Source: Bdellovibrionia bacterium
GTDB lineage: Bacteria > Bdellovibrionota > UBA1018
Assembly (NCBI GenBank): GCA_049424145.1
Contig: JBMSSC010000093.1
Span: 1 to 11,048, forward strand
Direction: 5' to 3'
DNA: 11,048 nucleotides
Below are positions 6,206 through 11,048 of the stretch, piece after piece (position 1 is the first letter of the stretch; every line of letters starts with the position of its first letter). The position numbers and the translations under genes are program-made. Below the pieces are notes generated by a model that saw nothing but the letters and a program-made list of their open reading frames with translations, was not told where the DNA came from and searched no databases.

Positions 6206-8665
6206 TTGAGAAGCTTAATTCAAAAAACCATTCGTCACGCCCGTGCAGTGGCCTGGATGGGGACCTTGCTGGCGTTTGTGGGGGCTTATTTTTCGGTTCT
6301 GCTTTATATGAATCTGCGGACTGATATTGAAGAGTTGCTTCCCTCTTCAGCTCGCAGTGTTGTGGACCTGAACGAAGTGACCTCTCGCTTAGAAGCCGTG
6401 GATAATATTGTGCTGTTGGCTTTCTCCGAACAGCCAGTTCAGAGCAAAAAATTTATCCTGGATCTCGCTCAGCGTCTCTCGCAAGTTCCAAAGCAAACGA
6501 TCTCTCAGGTTGAATACCGGATCGATCGTGAGCTTCAGTTTTTTAAGGATCGAAGGCCCCTGTTCATTGACTTGCCCGATCTCATCCAATTGAAGAATTA
6601 CATTCGGGATCGGATTCATTATGAAAAGGAACTCTACAACCCGCTCAATATTTTCAGAGGCAAAGAGATTCCCGAGCCCAAGCTGGATTATGAAGCGATG
6701 CGCAAGAAGTATGAAAATCGTGTGGCAGGCTATGATCATTTTCCTGGCGGGTTTTATGCCACAGCGGATGAAAAAATTCGGGCCATGATTCTTTACATGC
6801 CTGGTAAGGGGCTGAATAAGGCCTTGAAGCTGAAGGCTGAGCTTGAAAAGGCGGTCGCAGAGTTGAACCCTAAGTCGTACGCTGCTGACCTTGAGGTGAA
6901 GTTCACCGGCAATGGTCAAAATATGATCGAAGAAAGTGCCGCTTTAGTAGAGGACTTGGAAGTCTCAACAGTCATTGTGATGGTCGTGGTGACGCTGGCG
7001 ATGCTTGCTTTTTACCGCTCGATGGGCGCAACTTTGGCGTTGGTTGTCAGTTTATTGATGGGGACGTTTTGGACGTTTGGAATTTCCTACTTTGTTGTGG
7101 GCTATTTGAATGCCAATACGGCGTTTTTAGCTAGCATCGTCATTGGAAATGGCATAAACTTTGGGATCATCTTTTTGGCTCGCTATCTGGAGGAGAGACG
7201 AAACGGCAGTTCTCATCCTCTGGCTGTTGAAACGGCTTTAATCAGTACGGCTCCCTCGACGGGAACGGCAGCATTAGCGGCAGGGCTCTCTTATGGGTCT
7301 TTGATGCTCACCGGGTTTCGTGGGTTTAGTCAGTTTGGGATTATCGGACTCCTTGGAATGATTTGCTGTTGGATCAGCGCTTGCACGCTTTTACCCGCTT
7401 ACCTGACGCTTTTAGATCGGAAGCTGAAGCCCGGTTGGTACTATCCAAAACACCCGAGTCCGGTGATCTCAGGTCTTCTGGCTCGCTTTGTGGAAAGGCT
7501 GCCTAAGACGATTTGGACTCTCTCGCTCATCTTTTTGGCCATCTCCTTGTTTTTGGTGAAAAACTCTAAGCTCGATCTCATTGAAACGGATATGAACAAG
7601 CTTCGAGATAAAAGGAGCATGACTACGGGATCTGGGGCTCTCTATCACTACATTGATGACATCTTTCAGCATTCGTTTTCTCCTATTGTGGTTTTACCCA
7701 AAAAACGAGAGCATACCCAACTCATTGCCGACCGATTTAAGCAGGAACGAGATCGTCCAGGATCTCAGAGCAAGATCACCACGGTGCAAACTCTTGAGGA
7801 TTTTGTCCCCTCTCAGCAACCCGAAAAAATCAAAGTTTTGCAAGAAATCCGACGGCTTCTACCCGTTCGATTGATCAATTTACTTCCTCAGGCCGAAAAA
7901 ACGCTCGTCATGGAGCTATTAAATCCCAAGTCTTTTGTGGAGTTTCGGGAAAAAGACTTGCCCCCTCTGATCTTAGGTAAGTTTCGTGAGACGGATGGAA
8001 GTTTAGGCAAAATCGTCTTGGTGGATAAGAAAATTGAAAAAGGATCCGATGATGCCAATACGATTGCAGAGTTTGTGCGCACGACCCGAAAGGTCGCTGA
8101 CTCGGTGGCTCCTCATACACCGGTAGCCGGGGATCTAGCCATCACCTACGACATGTTTCAATCCATTACCCAAGATGGGCCCAAGGCTACTTTATTTGCA
8201 TTTTTAGCGGTTTTAGCGCTGGTGGTGGTTTTATTTAGGAGCCTCAAAACAATTCTTTTGGTTCTGGTTGCCCTAGGGTTTGGAGTGATCTGGCTTGCTG
8301 GAATTATCATTGGTTTTCACGTCAAGATCAATTTTCTCAACTTCATCGCTCTTCCCATTACCTTTGGAATTGGTTTGGATTATGGAGTCAATATCTTTCA
8401 AAGGTATAAGATTGAGGGGCCGGGTAAGATTCTCTCAGTGATCCGAAATACGGGAGGAGCTGTTCTTCTCAGTAGTTTGACCACGATCATTGGGTATGGT
8501 TCTCTTTTAATTGCAGGAAATCAAGCATTTGTAAGTTTTGGTTTACTTGCCGTGTTAGGGGAGATTACCTGTATTATCGGAGCCATTATCGCGCTTCCTG
8601 CTTTTTTATGCTTTTTAGAGGAACGAAAAAAAGCAACTAGAAAAAAGCTAGTTTTAGTTAATTAA
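6206..8665 (+). CDS. MMPL-family RND transporter (HpnN-like lipid exporter); likely TTG start at 6206 (819 aa)
   Basis: Two repeats of one TM helix, a large periplasmic loop and about 5 further TMs. Motifs LRTDIEELLP, GNGINFGIIFLARY, GIGLDYGVNIFQRY, SSLTTIIGYGSL and ALPAFL. SD GAAGGA at 6194-6199. Confidence 0.9.
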   Translation: MRSLIQKTIRHARAVAWMGTLLAFVGAYFSVLLYMNLRTDIEELLPSSARSVVDLNEVTSRLEAVDNIVLLAFSEQPVQSKKFILDLAQRLSQVPKQTISQVEYRIDRELQFFKDRRPLFIDLPDLIQLKNYIRDRIHYEKELYNPLNIFRGKEIPEPKLDYEAMRKKYENRVAGYDHFPGGFYATADEKIRAMILYMPGKGLNKALKLKAELEKAVAELNPKSYAADLEVKFTGNGQNMIEESAALVEDLEVSTVIVMVVVTLAMLAFYRSMGATLALVVSLLMGTFWTFGISYFVVGYLNANTAFLASIVIGNGINFGIIFLARYLEERRNGSSHPLAVETALISTAPSTGTAALAAGLSYGSLMLTGFRGFSQFGIIGLLGMICCWISACTLLPAYLTLLDRKLKPGWYYPKHPSPVISGLLARFVERLPKTIWTLSLIFLAISLFLVKNSKLDLIETDMNKLRDKRSMTTGSGALYHYIDDIFQHSFSPIVVLPKKREHTQLIADRFKQERDRPGSQSKITTVQTLEDFVPSQQPEKIKVLQEIRRLLPVRLINLLPQAEKTLVMELLNPKSFVEFREKDLPPLILGKFRETDGSLGKIVLVDKKIEKGSDDANTIAEFVRTTRKVADSVAPHTPVAGDLAITYDMFQSITQDGPKATLFAFLAVLALVVVLFRSLKTILLVLVALGFGVIWLAGIIIGFHVKINFLNFIALPITFGIGLDYGVNIFQRYKIEGPGKILSVIRNTGGAVLLSSLTTIIGYGSLLIAGNQAFVSFGLLAVLGEITCIIGAIIALPAFLCFLEERKKATRKKLVLVN

Positions 8666-8683
8666 TGTAATATAATAGAGAAA

Positions 8684-9655
8684 ATGCAGGCTCGCGTTTT
8701 CTTGAAACCAAAGTCGAGTGTGGGGCTGTTTTTAGCTCTCTTTTTATTAGCTCAAGGCGCAAAGAGTGATTCCTCTTCTGTGTCTGGGTTAGTCAGTGAA
8801 TCGTTGTCGCCTAACACTCCAATGCCACAGGCTGCTCCAACAGATAGTTCAGGAGGGAAGAAAGCCTCCTCTTTTGGCTCTGGTATCAATCCCTCCCTTG
8901 GAGCGGATGGAGAAAAAAAGGGGTCTGAGATCTATCGGATCGATGAAGTGATCGCTGAGGCCAGGCGGAGTCGGTATTCCGATCAGTTGCCGCTTAGTCT
9001 TAAAAATTGGCCCCCTTCGGTCATCGAAAAAGGTTTTGAGTCTCATAAACCCATTTGGATTAAGGGGATTAAAACGGCCGGCAATTCGACCTACATCGGA
9101 AGTTTGAAGCAATTTCTGATCCAAGCCCCTCTTCATCGTGTTGCGGCTCATATGGAGGACTTTGAGGCCTATCCTAAAATCTTAAGAGACGTAAAAAAAG
9201 TGGAGGTCGTTCATCGGAGTGGAAACAAATTCACCACGGCTTGGGAGCGAAAGTCGCCTGTATTTTTTATTCCGAATATTCATTATGAGCAAATTTACCT
9301 CATTGATCGTTCGGACAAAAGAGTCGTGGTTCGCTATCAACTGAAATCAGGTGACTCCATTCGTTTTGCAGATGGGTTGACTGTACTTTCAGCGGAAGGC
9401 AGTGCCACTCGGCTTACAGCCTATGATTTTTTTGATGCTGAATTTGGAATCTTATCAGGCATTGCGGCCGGAAAAATTTGGCATGATGCCTTGCATGGGG
9501 TAGTTCGAGATGATTTTTCGTTTAAGCTCTCAGCTGAGCATCCCAATTGGAGTTCCGACCGACTTTCTGATGAAGTGGACCGATTAATGGATCAATATTC
9601 CATTGATCCGATTGAGTACCTGGATCCTCCTGCGTGGTTGAAGTCCGAAAACTAG
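8684..9655 (+). CDS. Exported protein with a Ser/Pro/Gly-rich linker and a START/SRPBCC-like domain
   Basis: Signal peptide (VGLFLALFLLAQGAKS) and a low-complexity linker. IQAPLHRVAAHMEDFEAYPKILRDVKKVEVV matches the typical SRPBCC opening, and beta strands plus a C-terminal helix follow. Starts 18 nt after the MMPL gene. Confidence 0.65.
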   Translation: MQARVFLKPKSSVGLFLALFLLAQGAKSDSSSVSGLVSESLSPNTPMPQAAPTDSSGGKKASSFGSGINPSLGADGEKKGSEIYRIDEVIAEARRSRYSDQLPLSLKNWPPSVIEKGFESHKPIWIKGIKTAGNSTYIGSLKQFLIQAPLHRVAAHMEDFEAYPKILRDVKKVEVVHRSGNKFTTAWERKSPVFFIPNIHYEQIYLIDRSDKRVVVRYQLKSGDSIRFADGLTVLSAEGSATRLTAYDFFDAEFGILSGIAAGKIWHDALHGVVRDDFSFKLSAEHPNWSSDRLSDEVDRLMDQYSIDPIEYLDPPAWLKSEN

Positions 9656-9908
9656 AGTGTTCTTGAGGGAAAAGAGTCTGGAAACTCCGATGCAGGCTCA
9701 GGCCTGCAAGTCCGAGGATCTGGTTTGGGTATCCGTTTGGCTCAAAGTGCCTCTGGGGCCATCCAAGCAAGAAGGCGCCTTCGGGTTGTGTCTGGTTTTA
9801 AACTTTTTTTTCGTACCAAAGTAGGCTAAAAAAGGAGTCGACTCGTAAAATTCAAGAGTCAACCGGTACAATCAGATTCAGATCCCCGCGAGTAAAAAGG
9901 AGAACGAT

Positions 9909-10640
9909 ATGAGAAATCGATTTGATTCAATAGAGACCTCAAGTGATCTTCGGGTTCATTCGCGTCAGATGGCCATCTCACGATTCATCAGCCGCACCTA
10001 TGGGTGGATGGTGCTCGGTCTACTCACCACCGCTGTGGTGAGTTTTTCTATCGTGCGATCCGAGACGGCCTTAGAAGTTTTAGTCGGTAATCGAGCCCTC
10101 TTTTATGCCTGCGCAATTGGGCAGGTGTTGTTGGTCTTGGGTCTCACCGCAGCTCTGCCCAGGCTCAGTGCTACTCAAGCCCTTTTTGGTTTTCTTGGAT
10201 ACTCGGCTCTCAATGGGGTGGTGTTGAGCGTGATTTTTCTTCTCTACACCCTGACCTCCATTGCTCATGTTTTTGTGATTGCAGCCGGGATGTTTGCTGG
10301 CCTAGCTCTTTATGGAACCCTCACGCGCAAGGACCTAACAGCCGTAGGAAGTTTTGTGGGGATGGGGCTTTGGGGACTCCTGCTCGTGGGCTTAGTGAAT
10401 CTGTTTGTGGGAAGTCAAGCCCTGAGCATGGGAATGGCTGTGGCTGGGGTGGTTATTTTTTCTGGACTCACTGCCTATGATTCTCAACGAATTCGCGCAA
10501 TGGCCTATGATTTCTCTGGTGGCTTTTACAGTGAGGAGGAGCAAGGAAAAGGCTCCATCTTGGCTGCTCTGGGACTTTATTTAAACTTCATTAATCTTTT
10601 TATTCATTTGCTTCGACTGTTTGGAAATCGAAGAGACTAG
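9909..10640 (+). CDS. Bax inhibitor-1/YccA (YbhL-like) membrane protein
   Basis: About 7 TMs. Motifs FISRTYGWMVLGL, YGTLTRKDL, FSGLTAYDSQRI and ALGLYLNFINLFIHLLRLFG. SD AAGGAG. Confidence 0.93.
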   Translation: MRNRFDSIETSSDLRVHSRQMAISRFISRTYGWMVLGLLTTAVVSFSIVRSETALEVLVGNRALFYACAIGQVLLVLGLTAALPRLSATQALFGFLGYSALNGVVLSVIFLLYTLTSIAHVFVIAAGMFAGLALYGTLTRKDLTAVGSFVGMGLWGLLLVGLVNLFVGSQALSMGMAVAGVVIFSGLTAYDSQRIRAMAYDFSGGFYSEEEQGKGSILAALGLYLNFINLFIHLLRLFGNRRD

Positions 10641-10653
10641 TTGAGCTGAATTC

Positions 10654-10689
10654 AGGGGGGGGTCTGTCATCTCCCCTTTTTTTTATTTT
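10654..10689 (+). terminator. Intrinsic terminator after the BI-1 gene
   Basis: G8-T stem pairs with ATCTCCCCT (with G.U pairs), followed by T8-A-T4. Confidence 0.7.
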
Positions 10690-10706
10690 CTTTGAGGAAA
10701 CCCCCC

Positions 10707-11048
10707 ATGGCCTTCGTTCGCTCTTTCAAATTAGATCCCCAGTATTTCCGTAGCGCTGGAGTAGGCCTTGTGGCAACTGCCGTGGGTTTAGGTTCTTTGG
10801 AGGTCATGGTGGATCTCTTTCATTTTACTCCCGAGCAGGTCAACCTACCCACGCTTTTTTTTGGAACCTTAGTTCAGTTTATCGGACACCGGTATTTTGT
10901 TTTTCAGGCCTTTCACGCTCAAGTGCTCTCTCAAATGCTGAGTTTTGCGGTTGTTGAAACGGTCGCATTCTTCTTAAATGCCTTATTATTTCAGTTTCTT
11001 GTTGCCCAAGGAGGGATTCACTTCATCACGGCTCGACTCTTGGGGTCG
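10707..11048 (+). CDS. GtrA-family membrane protein, 3'-truncated by the window edge (not in the ORF track)
   Basis: MAFVRSFKLDPQYFRSAGVGLVATAVGLGSL...GTLVQFIGHRYFVF...QMLSFAVV...ITARLLGS fits the GtrA 4-TM pattern. SD GAGGA at 10694-10698; frame is open to the end of the window. Confidence 0.8.
   Translation, partial: MAFVRSFKLDPQYFRSAGVGLVATAVGLGSLEVMVDLFHFTPEQVNLPTLFFGTLVQFIGHRYFVFQAFHAQVLSQMLSFAVVETVAFFLNALLFQFLVAQGGIHFITARLLGS

Noticed and set aside
266..10268. Short shadow ORFs in the track (266-448, 1224-1415, 2414-2737, 4407-4607, 4826-5035, 5113-5358, 6389-6919, 6408-6593, 7469-7672, 7653-7874, 7888-8082, 7908-8120, 8849-9151, 9522-9770, 10080-10268)
   Set aside because: They are antisense or out-of-frame overlaps with better-supported genes and carry no motifs or RBS.

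Overview
Gram-negative bacterial chromosomal window; the gene types suggest Bdellovibrionota or a similar deltaproteobacterial lineage (inference). In order: the 3' end of an outer-membrane beta-barrel gene coupled to a small membrane protein gene; a class I ribonucleotide reductase operon (nrdA-nrdB); an unannotated 54-aa single-TM ORF; a convergent SLT-type lytic transglycosylase gene split by one in-frame TAG; a lipoprotein gene; a divergent MMPL/RND transporter followed by an exported START/SRPBCC-like protein; a Bax-inhibitor-1/YccA gene with a terminator; and the start of a GtrA-family gene. No mobile element, CRISPR array, tRNA or rRNA was seen. Most notable: (1) the amber-interrupted transglycosylase with a strong internal Shine-Dalgarno; (2) a candidate lipid-trafficking module (MMPL with an atypical NF in place of DY, an exported START-like protein and a divergent lipoprotein); (3) a strongly structured ~185-nt region overlapping the transglycosylase 3' end; (4) sigma54-like promoters only 14-15 nt ahead of two start codons. 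All family calls rest on motif recognition by eye, with no database search.
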